Shown here one piece after another: positions 30,555-40,008 of a DNA stretch of 64,000 bases. Under the pieces are notes generated by a model, which saw only the letters and a program-made list of their open reading frames with translations, was not told the origin of the DNA and did not search any database. Source of the DNA: Polyangiaceae bacterium (GTDB lineage Bacteria > Myxococcota_A > Polyangia > Polyangiales > Polyangiaceae). The stretch spans positions 172,711-236,710 of the forward strand of contig JBGAKG010000005.1 of assembly GCA_044224495.1 (NCBI GenBank), read 5' to 3'. The position numbers and the translations under genes are program-made. Position 1 is the first letter of the stretch, and every line of letters starts with the position of its first letter.

Positions 30555-31205
30555 TCAAGCCGTCGTCCCGAGGTCGTACACGCTGCGGATGCGGGCGAAC
30601 TTCTGCTCGAACTCGATGTTGAGGTCCTTCAGCAGGCCGGTGTGCATGTCGACGACGCACCCGTGCACCACCGGCGTGCCCTTCGTGAGGTACGCGCGCT
30701 GGAACGCGGCCGTCTTGATGACGTTCACGCACTGCTCTTCGACGTTGAGCTCGACCAAGCGGCGGTAACGCGCGGCTTCGTCCTTGATCGACTCGAGCTC
30801 CTCGTAGTGCGTGCGGTAGACGTCGCGGATCGTGCGGAGCCACGGGTTCAAGACGCCGAGGTCCTTCGGCTGGAGCGCCGCGCGCACGCCACCGCACTCG
30901 TAGTGCCCGCACACCACGATGTACTTCACGTCGAGGTAGACGATCGCGTACTCGATGACGCTGAGCGAGCTCAGGTCGGTCGCCGGGACGATGTTCGCGA
31001 TGTTGCGGTGGATGAAGACCTGACCGGGCTGTGCCCCCATCAGGTCCTCCGCGGTCACGCGGCTGTCGGAGCAGCCGATGTAGAGGACCTCGGGGTACTG
31101 CCCCTTGGCCAGGCGGTCGAAGTACTCCGGATCTTGGGCGGTCTTCTTGTTCGCCCAGATGCGGTTGTTCTCGAAGAGCTGTTCGAAGGTGAGCGAGGGC
31201 GGCAT
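30555..31205 (-). CDS. beta-class carbonic anhydrase
   Basis: CSDSR and HxxCGG (VVCGHYECGG) zinc-ligand motifs. Start taken at MPPSLTFEQLF. The listed ORF extends to 31286. Confidence 0.85.
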   Translation of the reverse strand: MPPSLTFEQLFENNRIWANKKTAQDPEYFDRLAKGQYPEVLYIGCSDSRVTAEDLMGAQPGQVFIHRNIANIVPATDLSSLSVIEYAIVYLDVKYIVVCGHYECGGVRAALQPKDLGVLNPWLRTIRDVYRTHYEELESIKDEAARYRRLVELNVEEQCVNVIKTAAFQRAYLTKGTPVVHGCVVDMHTGLLKDLNIEFEQKFARIRSVYDLGTTA

Positions 31206-31443
31206 CGGCGCGGGAGCATAGTCCGAACTCCCCGCGCCGACGCCACTAACGCAGCGGTCAGCTCGACCGATCCTGGCTCGGGACATCCTTCCATTCGAGC
31301 AGCGGCAGCGTGATGACCGCGGCGGGACCGCCGCCCTGCACCTTGAAGCCGAAGAACGACGCGTTCACGCGAGGAAGGCCGACGGTGGGTAGGTCCTCGC
31401 GGTCCGGCAAGCTGGCATCAGCCGTCACGGTGCTAGGAACCGC

Positions 31444-32877
31444 TCAGGGGAAGACGACGTTCGCCGGCGTCGGCGAGCACTGCCCGACCTGGCAGTTCAC
31501 CGTCCCGGCATCGGCCCCGCGGCCGAGCTCGCCGTCGCCGTTGTAGCCCCAGCACTGGATCGCGCCGCCCTCGAGGAGCACGCACGTGTAGCCCGTGCCG
31601 AAGTTGTTGAGGTTCGCGCCGCCAGTGCCGATCGCGATGGCCTTGCCGCCGACCTTCACCTCGGTCGGGACCGTGATCGGGTTCGGGTTGTAGCCGCCGT
31701 CCGCGCCCGGCCCGGCTTGGCCGCCGCTGTTGCGGCCCCAGCAGAAGACGAGCCCGTCCGTGGTGATCGCGCACGTGTGCGCGTTCGACGCCGCGACCTG
31801 CGTCGCGAGCTTGCCGGTGCCGAGGGGAACCGCGAACGGCAGGTTGCTGTTGCCGCCCGTCGTGCCACGACCGAGCTGGCCGTAGTCGTTCAAGCCCCAG
31901 CAGAGCACCTGGCCGGTCTTGTTGACCGCGCAGGCGTGCGCCTCGCCGGCGGCGACCTGCACGATGTCGGAGAGCTGCGGGATCGCCGCCGGCGTCGTGT
32001 CGACTTGCTGGCCCGTCGTGCGCGCGAGCGCGTTGTTGGTGTTGCGGCCCCACGAGAGCACGGTGCCGTTGGTGAGGAGCGCGAGACCGAACTCCGAACC
32101 GATCGCGCCGCTCGAGACCATCGCCCCGCCGTCGCCGAGGAGGATCTTGCCGGGCGGCGATGCGCCGTTCGGGAACCCGCCGCGGCCGTTCGCGCCGTCC
32201 GCGTTGGAGCCCCAGCACACCATGTCCGTGCCGACGATGGCGCAGCTGTTGAAGTTGTTCGAGGTGGTGAGCGACGACGTCGTCACGCCCGAGACCGCGA
32301 GCGGCGACGGGTGCGGAACGTTGTCGAACGCGGCCGCGCCGGCGTCGGTCGTCTGGCCGAGCTGCGCGCTCGAGTTGACGCCCCAGCAGAACGTGCCCGC
32401 CGCCGTGCGCGCGCACGTGTGGCCGGCGGTGGTGTAGACGGTGCCCGCGCTCACGCCGAGGACGCCGCTCAGGCCCGTGACCGAGACGGGTGCGTTCTGC
32501 GCCGAGCCGTCGAAGCCCGCGTCGGCCGCGACGCCGAGCTGCCCGCCCGCGTTGGCGCCCCAGCAGCGCACCGTCCCATCCTTGATGAGGGCACACGCGT
32601 GGTGGCCGCCGACGGCGAGCCCGACGACGCACGGGTTGGAGGTGCAGAGCGGCCCTGCGTCGACGACGACCGGAACGTCCGGAGCAGCGTCGTCGGGCGG
32701 CGGTGGGTTGTTGACGTCGTTGTTCGTGGTGCCGTCGTTCGTCGTCACCACGTCGTCCGTGGTGCCTCCGTCGTTCGCCGGCGTGTCGGTGTCGCCACCG
32801 CACGCTTGGAAGAAGCCCGCGCACGCCGCGAGCACCACCGAACCCGTCGCCAAGAACAAAGTCTTTTTCTGCCGCAT
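31444..32877 (-). CDS. RCC1-repeat (beta-propeller) lipoprotein
   Basis: Lipobox LAACAG. Repeated HxCAL...G.V.CWG.N..GQLG units (seven or more). GGAGGG RBS upstream of the Met at 32877. Confidence 0.75.
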   Translation of the reverse strand: MRQKKTLFLATGSVVLAACAGFFQACGGDTDTPANDGGTTDDVVTTNDGTTNNDVNNPPPPDDAAPDVPVVVDAGPLCTSNPCVVGLAVGGHHACALIKDGTVRCWGANAGGQLGVAADAGFDGSAQNAPVSVTGLSGVLGVSAGTVYTTAGHTCARTAAGTFCWGVNSSAQLGQTTDAGAAAFDNVPHPSPLAVSGVTTSSLTTSNNFNSCAIVGTDMVCWGSNADGANGRGGFPNGASPPGKILLGDGGAMVSSGAIGSEFGLALLTNGTVLSWGRNTNNALARTTGQQVDTTPAAIPQLSDIVQVAAGEAHACAVNKTGQVLCWGLNDYGQLGRGTTGGNSNLPFAVPLGTGKLATQVAASNAHTCAITTDGLVFCWGRNSGGQAGPGADGGYNPNPITVPTEVKVGGKAIAIGTGGANLNNFGTGYTCVLLEGGAIQCWGYNGDGELGRGADAGTVNCQVGQCSPTPANVVFP

Positions 32878-33043
32878 GAGGCCCTCCGATGCCGAACCAA
32901 GCTCGACCATTCGAGGAGCCGCGCCCGCGCGGCCCACTCCTCATGGAGAGTACACGCACTTTCGCCACGCGGCCCAGCGCCCCGCAGCGCTCGGGCGAAG
33001 ATGCCGGTGACGGGAGAAAAAACCGCCGCCGCTGAACGCGCCC

Positions 33044-34309
33044 TCAGAAGCCGACGTTCATGCCGATGTTGAGCAGCCACGCGCGCGCGTTCGAGATGTT
33101 GCTCCCGCCGAGCGTGTAGTCGAGGTACTCGAACTGCATCACGTTGGCCGAGGCCACCGCCTTGAAGTCGTTCATGAACCCGAGCAGCCGCTTCCCCGTC
33201 GCGACTGCGCCGTACGTGAACGAGAGCCCGCCGAGGATGCTGTAGAACGGCGAGAGCTCGCGGTCGCCCGTGAAGTACTGCCCCTTCGGACCGAGCGGCG
33301 GATCGCCGCCGGAGTAGTCGTCGCTCCAGAAGAGCGCGCCGCGCTGCATGTAGAAGCGCCCGCGCAGCCCGATGCGGAAATGCTCGCCGAAGTACTTCTC
33401 GAACTCGGCCTCGCCCGTCCCGGAGAGGACGTCCCACGTGTCCCAGTAGCCGCGCAGGCCGAGCCGGAGGGCCGCCTTCAGCGGCTTCAGATAGAAGTTG
33501 CCGCGCGCCTGGATCGAGTGGCGCGCGCGATTGTCGGGGTGGTGCTCCTGCGCCTGGAGCCCCTGCCCGAGGATGATCGCGCGGTACGGGTTCGACTGGA
33601 ACCCGTTCACGATCTGGAGCGTGTAGAGGAGCTGCGTCTGGAACACGGGCGACCACGCCTGCGACCACGAGCCCTGGAGGTTGTCGATGTTGAGCGGCCG
33701 CGACGGGCGCGTCGGATCGTCCGTGAAGCAGCCCGTCGAGCTCGCGAGCGCGCTCCGAAGCGCGGGGAGCGCGTTCGGGTTCTGCAGCGTGTCGCACACC
33801 TTGTCGAAGTTGTGCGCGTAGTCGATCTGGAGCTGCGTGTTGTGCTCGAAGAGCTCGGTGCGCGCGAAGACGTTGAACGAGTGCGACTTGTAGTCGTTCT
33901 CGGTCGAGTACGCGTAGCCGCCACCGAAGCTGGTGTTGTCCTTCTTGAAGGCGAGGTTGCCGGTGCCGACGTTGCGGAAGTCCTTCACGCTCGCCGTCGA
34001 GATGACGTCGGCCGCGGGCTGCGTTGCCTTGTAGGCCGCGCCCGCTTTGGTCTTCACGCTGGCGCCGGAGACGACGTCGGCTTCCCACCCGCCGCTCACG
34101 GTGAGCCAGTTCCACGGCGTGGCCGTGAGCGTCGCCGAGGGCGTGTAGACGAACATCTCGGTGCGGAACGGCTTCTCGTAATAGATGCCGTGGGTCGTGT
34201 TGAACGACACGACTTGGGCGCTCGCGCTCCGCGGCGCCGCGAGCGCGATGCCTGCCGCGACGAACGACGCGGCGGCGAAGCGGAGGCCTCGCTTCAGTTG
34301 CACCCGCAC
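33044..34309 (-). CDS. outer-membrane beta-barrel protein, DUF3570-like
   Basis: Signal peptide ...SASAQ. Alternating amphipathic beta-strands. C-terminal ...LNIGMNVGF with terminal Phe. Co-located with a DUF4266-like lipoprotein. Confidence 0.65.
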   Translation of the reverse strand: MRVQLKRGLRFAAASFVAAGIALAAPRSASAQVVSFNTTHGIYYEKPFRTEMFVYTPSATLTATPWNWLTVSGGWEADVVSGASVKTKAGAAYKATQPAADVISTASVKDFRNVGTGNLAFKKDNTSFGGGYAYSTENDYKSHSFNVFARTELFEHNTQLQIDYAHNFDKVCDTLQNPNALPALRSALASSTGCFTDDPTRPSRPLNIDNLQGSWSQAWSPVFQTQLLYTLQIVNGFQSNPYRAIILGQGLQAQEHHPDNRARHSIQARGNFYLKPLKAALRLGLRGYWDTWDVLSGTGEAEFEKYFGEHFRIGLRGRFYMQRGALFWSDDYSGGDPPLGPKGQYFTGDRELSPFYSILGGLSFTYGAVATGKRLLGFMNDFKAVASANVMQFEYLDYTLGGSNISNARAWLLNIGMNVGF

Positions 34310-34515
34310 CCTCCACCGCTCACGCCGCCGCCGCCGAAGGAGCCTTCGCGGTTGTCGACGGCGTGGCGCACCTGACCGGCGACCTGCGGGTCACCTTCGA
34401 ACTGCATGACCGGGTCCGCGAGGATGGCGCGATCCTGCGGCTTCACCGTCACGCACGAAGCGCTGGCGAGCCCGAGGAGAAGGGTGCCGAGGACGAGGAG
34501 CGCGGATTTCGTCAT
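34294..34515 (-). CDS. small lipoprotein, DUF4266-like (73 aa)
   Basis: MTKSALLVLGTLLLGLASASCVTVKPQDRAILADPVMQFEG...GGGCGCN. Hidden inside a longer spurious ORF (34294..35322). Confidence 0.55.
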   Translation of the reverse strand: MTKSALLVLGTLLLGLASASCVTVKPQDRAILADPVMQFEGDPQVAGQVRHAVDNREGSFGGGGVSGGGCGCN

Positions 34516-34523
34516 GACGGACC

Positions 34524-35330
34524 TCAAAAGTAGACTCCCAGGCCGGCGGTGATCGTCTGCGCGTTCGCATACGACTCCGGCGTGAAGATGGTCATGTTCG
34601 AGCCCTCGAGCCGGACGAGGATGCGGTTGCGGAGCGCGAAGAGGAAGCCGCCGCCCGCGCGCGCGACGAAGCTGTCCGTTCGCTTGAGCACGAACGAGTC
34701 CGCGTTCGGGAAGACGCTGAGGCCTCCGACGCCCAATCCCAAAAAGGGACAGAGCGCCCAGCGCGGAAAAAGATAGACGGTCGCCCCGCCACCGTAGACG
34801 AGCTGCGCGCCGTCGGCGGTGAGGCCGTCGCCGACGAACGCCTCGAGGCTCAACGTGGGATCGAGCACGAGCTGGGGGCGCGCCTCGACGTAGCCGTACC
34901 AACGCGTCGTGCCGTCGGCGATGGGGATGTGCAGCACGCCCGCCATGAGCGCGAGCCCGGCGTGCGCGCCGGTGAGCGGCGGCGGCGCGAAGAACCCGGG
35001 GCGCGAGACGCCCTTGTCCTCGCCGTCCTTCACGCTGAAGGGCTCGACCTGCTCGCCCATCGCGTAGGCGGTGCGGCCGTCGGGCAAGAGCACGCGGAGC
35101 CAGAAGCCGTTGCCCTGGCGCCCGTCGATCGCGAACGTCTCGCCGCGCTTCGCGCTGTAGATGACGCGGAACGAGACGCCCGGACCCGTACGAAGGTCCG
35201 CCGTGTCCACGACGATGCGCGCGTACGCGTCGACCTGAGGCTCGTCCGCGGCAGCGGCGGTGCGCGCGACGAACGACGGGAGAGATGTCGAGAGGAGCGC
35301 GATCAACGCGCCGCCGAGCCATCGCCTCAT
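34524..35330 (-). CDS. SH3b-like domain protein with a C-terminal OMP-like beta segment
   Basis: Signal peptide MRRWLGGALIALLSTSLPSFVARTAAA. SH3b-like region YARIVVDTADLRTGPGVSFRVIYSAKRGETFAI...GFWLRV. C-terminal ...AGLGVYF. Start overlaps the upstream stop (ATGA). Confidence 0.55.
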   Translation of the reverse strand: MRRWLGGALIALLSTSLPSFVARTAAAADEPQVDAYARIVVDTADLRTGPGVSFRVIYSAKRGETFAIDGRQGNGFWLRVLLPDGRTAYAMGEQVEPFSVKDGEDKGVSRPGFFAPPPLTGAHAGLALMAGVLHIPIADGTTRWYGYVEARPQLVLDPTLSLEAFVGDGLTADGAQLVYGGGATVYLFPRWALCPFLGLGVGGLSVFPNADSFVLKRTDSFVARAGGGFLFALRNRILVRLEGSNMTIFTPESYANAQTITAGLGVYF

Positions 35331-35944
35331 GGTTTCTGGGCCCATTGGCGGATGACGTCGACCACCGCGTCGTCCTTCGCGTAGACGGAGCCGCCGTTGA
35401 CCTGGGGATGCGCGGTGGTGCTGGTCGGGCGGACGTAGATCGCAGCGGTGAGGTAGTCCCGGCTCATCTGGAGCGAGACCGAGGTGTAGTTGGACTTCGC
35501 GGGGCTGCCGAGGCTCACGGCGGACGTCGGCTTCCCGCCCGCGCAGTCCACCGGCGGGTGGTTCTGGAGCGGCATGCCGCTGACCGCGGCCGAGTTGTAG
35601 TGGCAGCCGGTGTTCGACCCTTGGAGATCGCCGCAGCCCTTGCCGAAGATCAGCTTGGGCTCGACCTCGCAGTAGAAGAAGTCTTCGTTGAAGGTCTGGT
35701 TGGGCACGATGAACGTCTCGCCCGGATCGACCGTCGTGCACGCCGCAGAGACCGCCGCGGCCAGGATGCCGGCGCCGACGACGAGGGTCGGGAGTCGGTT
35801 CGCGAGCTTGCCTCCGCCAGAGCGCACGAACTGGACGATACCCGCCTTTCCGCCACGCCTGCAACTCCGAGCAGTTGGCTCGTGGCATTCTGCCCGCGGA
35901 ACCGCGTCCCGCGGCCCGCGCGATTGCGTGTAGAGCGCATGCAA
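35327..35944 (-). CDS. hypothetical lipoprotein
   Basis: Signal plus lipobox AAAVSAACTTV. Cys-rich mature part. Start uncertain (possibly GTG at VRSGGG). Confidence 0.45.
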   Translation of the reverse strand: MHALYTQSRGPRDAVPRAECHEPTARSCRRGGKAGIVQFVRSGGGKLANRLPTLVVGAGILAAAVSAACTTVDPGETFIVPNQTFNEDFFYCEVEPKLIFGKGCGDLQGSNTGCHYNSAAVSGMPLQNHPPVDCAGGKPTSAVSLGSPAKSNYTSVSLQMSRDYLTAAIYVRPTSTTAHPQVNGGSVYAKDDAVVDVIRQWAQKP

Positions 35945-36164
35945 TGGCCAAGCGTTTCGCGGGGTTCCAAGGTAGGTGCGCTGCGCACCAAACGTGCATC
36001 GATGGCGGCACGGTGACGAATTCCACTTGCATAAGTTCCTTCGCGGTTGCTACGAAGTTTCCCGTCCCCTCGGGGTGTCGTATCTTATCTTACATGTATG
36101 GTGAAGGTGTGACCCAGCCGAGTAGCAGCAGCGGCGGGCGTCCCTTCCCCGACCAGGAGACGAC

Positions 36165-36356
36165 ATGAAGCTCGCCCCGTTTTTTCTCGCTGCCCTCGCC
36201 CCCGTCGCCGTTGCCGGCTGGTCGGGAGCATTCCTCGGTCACTTCGCAGTCCTCGCGGTGACGCTCGGCATCTTCTTCGGCACGCTCTCGCTGAACCGCA
36301 AGAAGGCGGCGGCGCCGGCGCTCGAAGGCGACGCGGCCACCACCAAGCGCGCCTGA
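36165..36356 (+). CDS. small membrane protein (63 aa)
   Basis: GGAGA RBS lies 6 nt upstream. Two hydrophobic segments FFLAALAPVAVAGW and FAVLAVTLGIFFGTL. Confidence 0.45.
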   Translation: MKLAPFFLAALAPVAVAGWSGAFLGHFAVLAVTLGIFFGTLSLNRKKAAAPALEGDAATTKRA

Positions 36357-36441
36357 GCGCGTCAGGATCGGACGGGCGCGCCTACGAGCGCGCTTGCGCG
36401 CGGCAGGATTCCTGCGCTAGACCGTCTGTCCTCATCTCAAC

Positions 36442-36516
36442 GGGCGCATAACTCAGCGGTAGAGTGCATCCTTCACACGGATGAAGTCACAGGTTCAAAT
36501 CCTGTTGCGCCCACCA
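36442..36516 (+). tRNA. tRNA-Val (anticodon CAC)
   Basis: GGGCGCATAACTCAGCGGTAGAGTGCATCCTTCACACGGATGAAGTCACAGGTTCAAATCCTGTTGCGCCCACCA. Anticodon loop TTCACAC. Encoded CCA. Confidence 0.9.
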
Positions 36517-36579
36517 AATTCCTAGAGGCTCTCGTTGTAGACGCGGCGAGGCCTTCCCGGCGTCGAGGACGTGCACGAG

Positions 36580-36670
36580 GGACGTGGACGAGGACGTCTG
36601 ATCGAGCAGGGGCTACGACGACGACTACGGCCACGAGTAGGGGGGACGTGGACGTCTGGTCGAGGACGAG
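36580..36670. repeat. imperfect direct repeats immediately 3' of tRNA-Val
   Basis: GGGACGTGGACGAGGACGTCTGATCGAG (36580..) and GGGACGTGGACGTCTGGTCGAGGACGAG (36643..), plus reiterated GAGGACG units. Confidence 0.4.
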
Positions 36671-36690
36671 CTTCCCCGAGGACGAGGACG

Positions 36691-39600
36691 TCAGCCGCGC
36701 AGGGCGTCTGCGTCTCGTAGGGCTTCGGTGAGGGCCACGGGGTCGAGCTCGCTGACGCGCGCGTTGGCGCGGAGCGCTCCCGTCGTCTGCTCCCCGGCGT
36801 GCTTCAGATTGCTGATCTCGAAGCCTGGGCTCACGGGGAGCACGAGCTCGACGTCCCCCCGGAGCGCCCAGACGTAGCTCGTGACGTGGCCCGGCGAGCT
36901 CCGCCGCCAGCCGCGGGCCTCGAGCATGCCCAGCACCTTCGTCGCCGCGACCTTCACGCCGGCCGTGCGCTGGAGCTCCTTGCCGGCGCGCTCCTTCGCC
37001 GTGAGCTCGGGCACCCCGCGGCCGAGCTGCGGGAACGGCTGCAGGAGCTCGTAGTCCGCGAAGAGCTTCGACCACGCGTCGAGCTCGTCGACGGCGGGGT
37101 GCGCGAGGCGCACCGTGGCCTTGGCGGGGAGCTTCCACGCGCGATCGCGCGCGTCCGCCAGCGTGCCGTCCTCGGCGACGCGGAACGCGGTCGCGGTCCC
37201 CTTCCCTCCGTCGGCGATCCAGACGAGCCGCCGCGCGAGGTGCCGGAGCAGGCGATGACCCGCGAGCCGCTCCGCGAAGTCCGCCGCGCTCCAGCTCCGC
37301 CCCGTCACCATCGCGCGCTCGAGCCGCTTCAGCTGCCGATCGGCGAGCTGCTCGAGATCGGCGCGGAGCGTGTCCCACTTCTCCTTCGCGACCGCGGCCT
37401 TCTTCGCGTCGTCGTCCTTCGTCGCGCGCGGCAGGCCCTTCTGCACGGTGCCTCCCGCATCGCGCACGATCGGGGCCAGTTGCTCGTCCAGCGTGACCAC
37501 GAAGGTGCGCTTGCCGAAGTCGAGCTTCAACGTCCCGTCCTCGTCGAGCGAGGTCCAATCGCCGACCGTCCGATCGCCGAGCTCGTCGCTCGTGAGCCCC
37601 CGCGCGGCCGCCGCCGCTTCGAGCGCGCTCGCGGCTTCGGTCCGGAGCGCGTCGTAGCGCGTCGTCTCGGCGATGTGTGCAAGGTGCAACAACGCGAAAT
37701 CGGTCGCGAGCGCGCCCAGCGCATGGCACGCGCGGATGGCCTTCGCTTGGTTCTTCCGCGCCCACTCGCGCGCGAGCGTCGCGAGGCGCCGCGCCGAAGC
37801 CTCGCTCGGGAAATGCAGGATCGCGTTCAGCATCCAGTCCTGGCGGCCCGGAGCATCGGCCGTGACCCACTGCTCGAACAGCTCGAGGGCGAGGTCGCCG
37901 AGCGACGCGGCCGTGCACGCGTCGCGCACGAGCGCGAGCCCGGCGTACGGAGGATCGAGCGCGCTCACCTGGAGCATCTCGACCAGCGCGGCGACGGCGT
38001 CGTCCGGGAGCGCGCCGCCCCCGTTCGCGAGCACGGGCGGGAGACGCTTCGGGCGCAGGAAGGACGGTAGCTTCGGCGTCCCCGCACCGAGCGCGAGCGG
38101 ATCGCGGGCGAGGAGCGCCTCGACGACCGCGAGCGCCTTCGCCCCGTAGGCCTTGGCCGCCTTCCGGATCGCAGCGCTCTCGCTGCGCTCCGCGAGGTAC
38201 GCGAGAACGTCCTCGGCGTCGCTGCGCGGGTCCCCCGGCTCGCCGACCGCATCCGGCACGAGGCCCAGCGCGCCGATCAGCGCGTTCTCGCGGAACCACG
38301 CGAGCGCGCGCCGCCGCCCTTTGGCGCGCTGCGCCGCACGAGCCAGGGCGGGCGCGATGCCGGGGGCGACGAAGCGCGTCGCGAGGTCGAGGTAGAGCGG
38401 CCCCTCTTCGTAGTCGAGCCACTTGACCCAGTTGCGCCGCGCGAAGCCAGGGAGCGCGGCGAGCCCGAAGCGCGCGAAGATGCCCTCGACGTCGCGCGCG
38501 TGCGCGGTGTGCTCGTTCCACGCCCAGAGCGCGTCGCCCGTGGGGACCTCGAGGTACGAGAAGCCACCGGCCGGCTCGCGGTGGTGCATGAAGTCGACGT
38601 ACGCGAAGCTCTTCTCGAGCACCGCGGTGCGCCAGGCGGCGTGCTCCTGCTTCGTCATGGGACGCACGTTGGGCGGCGGCTCCGGGATCGGCGGCTGGCG
38701 GACGACGTGCGGCGCCGGCGCGCCGACCTTCTTGGGATCGAGCATCGCGAGCCCCGCGACCACGACGACCTCGCGCGCGAGCTTCTTGCGCCACGGGCGG
38801 TCGACGAGGACGCTCGGCACCGCGGACGACTTCGCGACCTTCGTGGGCTTCGCGTGTTTGGCGTCGTCGCCGAGGGCGCGCGCGGTCGCCTTCGCGAGCT
38901 TGCTCTTTCCGCTCGTGCTGGCGGCGGCGCGCAGCGCGCCCCCGAGCTCCGGGTGATCGGCGAAGTACGCGAGGACGATCGGCGCGAGGAGCGGGTGGTC
39001 GGCCCACTTCGCGAGCTCGGCTGCGGCGGCCGGCGAGACGAGGCACGCGAGCGCGGTCGCGATCTCGCGCGGGGGCGTCTTCAGGAGCGGGCCGTAGCCC
39101 GGCTTCTTCAGCACTTCGGGGAGCGCCGCTCCGAGGACGGCAATCGCGTCGGCCTCGGGCAGCGCGCACACGAGATCGACCGCTTGTCGGGCGATGGCGT
39201 GCGCGTTCGCGACGCGGCGAACGAGCTCCGCCGTCGGGGTCGTCGAGAAGAGGAAGCTCGCGTCGTTCCCGCGCCGCGCGCCGGGCGTCGCGGCGGGCCA
39301 GCTCGCCCAGTCTTCCCCGCCCCACCGCTCGTCGGGGGACGCCCACGCGAGCCGCGCCCGCCGAGGCAAGTCGAGCTCTGCCCGCCGCGCGGCGACGAAC
39401 GCTCGGGCGCGGGCGTAAGCGGCATCGTCGAGCGCGCAGACGAGGTTGCGGAGCGCGGGCCGCGGGCGCGTGCCGCTCTGAACGTCGCTCAGAGCCTCGT
39501 CGACGTAGACGGCCTGGGTCCAGGAACCCTTCGAGAAGAGCTGAAGCTGGTCGGTCCGCAACGCGACGGTAATCGCGTCCACGGCGGAGCGTGCGTGCGC

Positions 39601-40005
39601 GATCAGCGGGAGCAGGTGCACGTCGCCCGTCACGCGTTCGAGCATCTTCTCCGCGATCGCGAGCACCTCGAGGTCGGCGGCGACGACGTGCGCGAGCGGC
39701 TGCTTCGCGTCGGGCTCGCGGGTGAGGAACGCCTGCGCCGCGGCGCGTGCGCCAGCGAGCTTGCCCGACGTGAGCTCGATGCCCTTGGCGTAGATCTCGG
39801 ACTGGAGGCGCCCGCCGTACTTCGCGGTGCGGTACGTCTTCGCGAGCTTCTGGGCGAGGCGCACGGCGCCTTTCGCGTCGAGCGCCTCCGCCGATCCGGC
39901 GATCGATCGACGAGGGCGGAGCGACTTGCGGGCTTCGGCGGTGAGCTGGAGCATCGCGGCGAGGATATTCGTCGCGTGCTCCCCCGTCGCGCGGTAAGAA
40001 GCCAC
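36691..40005 (-). CDS. very large DUF4132-domain protein (MolR/YehI-like), 1104 aa
   Basis: C-terminal about 200 aa resemble DUF4132 (...FGKRTFVVTLDEQLAPIVRDAGG...RLVWIADGG...AFRVAEDGTLADA). Long alpha-helical Ala/Leu-rich body. Start may be an internal Met. Confidence 0.6.
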   Translation of the reverse strand: MASYRATGEHATNILAAMLQLTAEARKSLRPRRSIAGSAEALDAKGAVRLAQKLAKTYRTAKYGGRLQSEIYAKGIELTSGKLAGARAAAQAFLTREPDAKQPLAHVVAADLEVLAIAEKMLERVTGDVHLLPLIAHARSAVDAITVALRTDQLQLFSKGSWTQAVYVDEALSDVQSGTRPRPALRNLVCALDDAAYARARAFVAARRAELDLPRRARLAWASPDERWGGEDWASWPAATPGARRGNDASFLFSTTPTAELVRRVANAHAIARQAVDLVCALPEADAIAVLGAALPEVLKKPGYGPLLKTPPREIATALACLVSPAAAAELAKWADHPLLAPIVLAYFADHPELGGALRAAASTSGKSKLAKATARALGDDAKHAKPTKVAKSSAVPSVLVDRPWRKKLAREVVVVAGLAMLDPKKVGAPAPHVVRQPPIPEPPPNVRPMTKQEHAAWRTAVLEKSFAYVDFMHHREPAGGFSYLEVPTGDALWAWNEHTAHARDVEGIFARFGLAALPGFARRNWVKWLDYEEGPLYLDLATRFVAPGIAPALARAAQRAKGRRRALAWFRENALIGALGLVPDAVGEPGDPRSDAEDVLAYLAERSESAAIRKAAKAYGAKALAVVEALLARDPLALGAGTPKLPSFLRPKRLPPVLANGGGALPDDAVAALVEMLQVSALDPPYAGLALVRDACTAASLGDLALELFEQWVTADAPGRQDWMLNAILHFPSEASARRLATLAREWARKNQAKAIRACHALGALATDFALLHLAHIAETTRYDALRTEAASALEAAAAARGLTSDELGDRTVGDWTSLDEDGTLKLDFGKRTFVVTLDEQLAPIVRDAGGTVQKGLPRATKDDDAKKAAVAKEKWDTLRADLEQLADRQLKRLERAMVTGRSWSAADFAERLAGHRLLRHLARRLVWIADGGKGTATAFRVAEDGTLADARDRAWKLPAKATVRLAHPAVDELDAWSKLFADYELLQPFPQLGRGVPELTAKERAGKELQRTAGVKVAATKVLGMLEARGWRRSSPGHVTSYVWALRGDVELVLPVSPGFEISNLKHAGEQTTGALRANARVSELDPVALTEALRDADALRG

Positions 40006-40008
40006 CTC

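Noticed and set aside
34294-35322. 342-aa minus-strand ORF spanning the DUF4266 region
   Set aside because: Only its last 73 codons look like protein (lipoprotein signal MTKSALLVLG...). The remainder is Arg-rich antisense of the SH3b gene, so it is called as the short gene.
35327-35944. Possible haem-binding motif in the lipoprotein (TGCHYN)
   Set aside because: The cysteines are not spaced CxxCH, so no c-type haem site is claimed.
36000-36160. sigma54-type promoter (GGCAC...TTGCA) upstream of the small membrane protein and divergent operon
   Set aside because: GG-to-GC spacing is 16+ nt instead of 10, so it does not fit the -24/-12 geometry.
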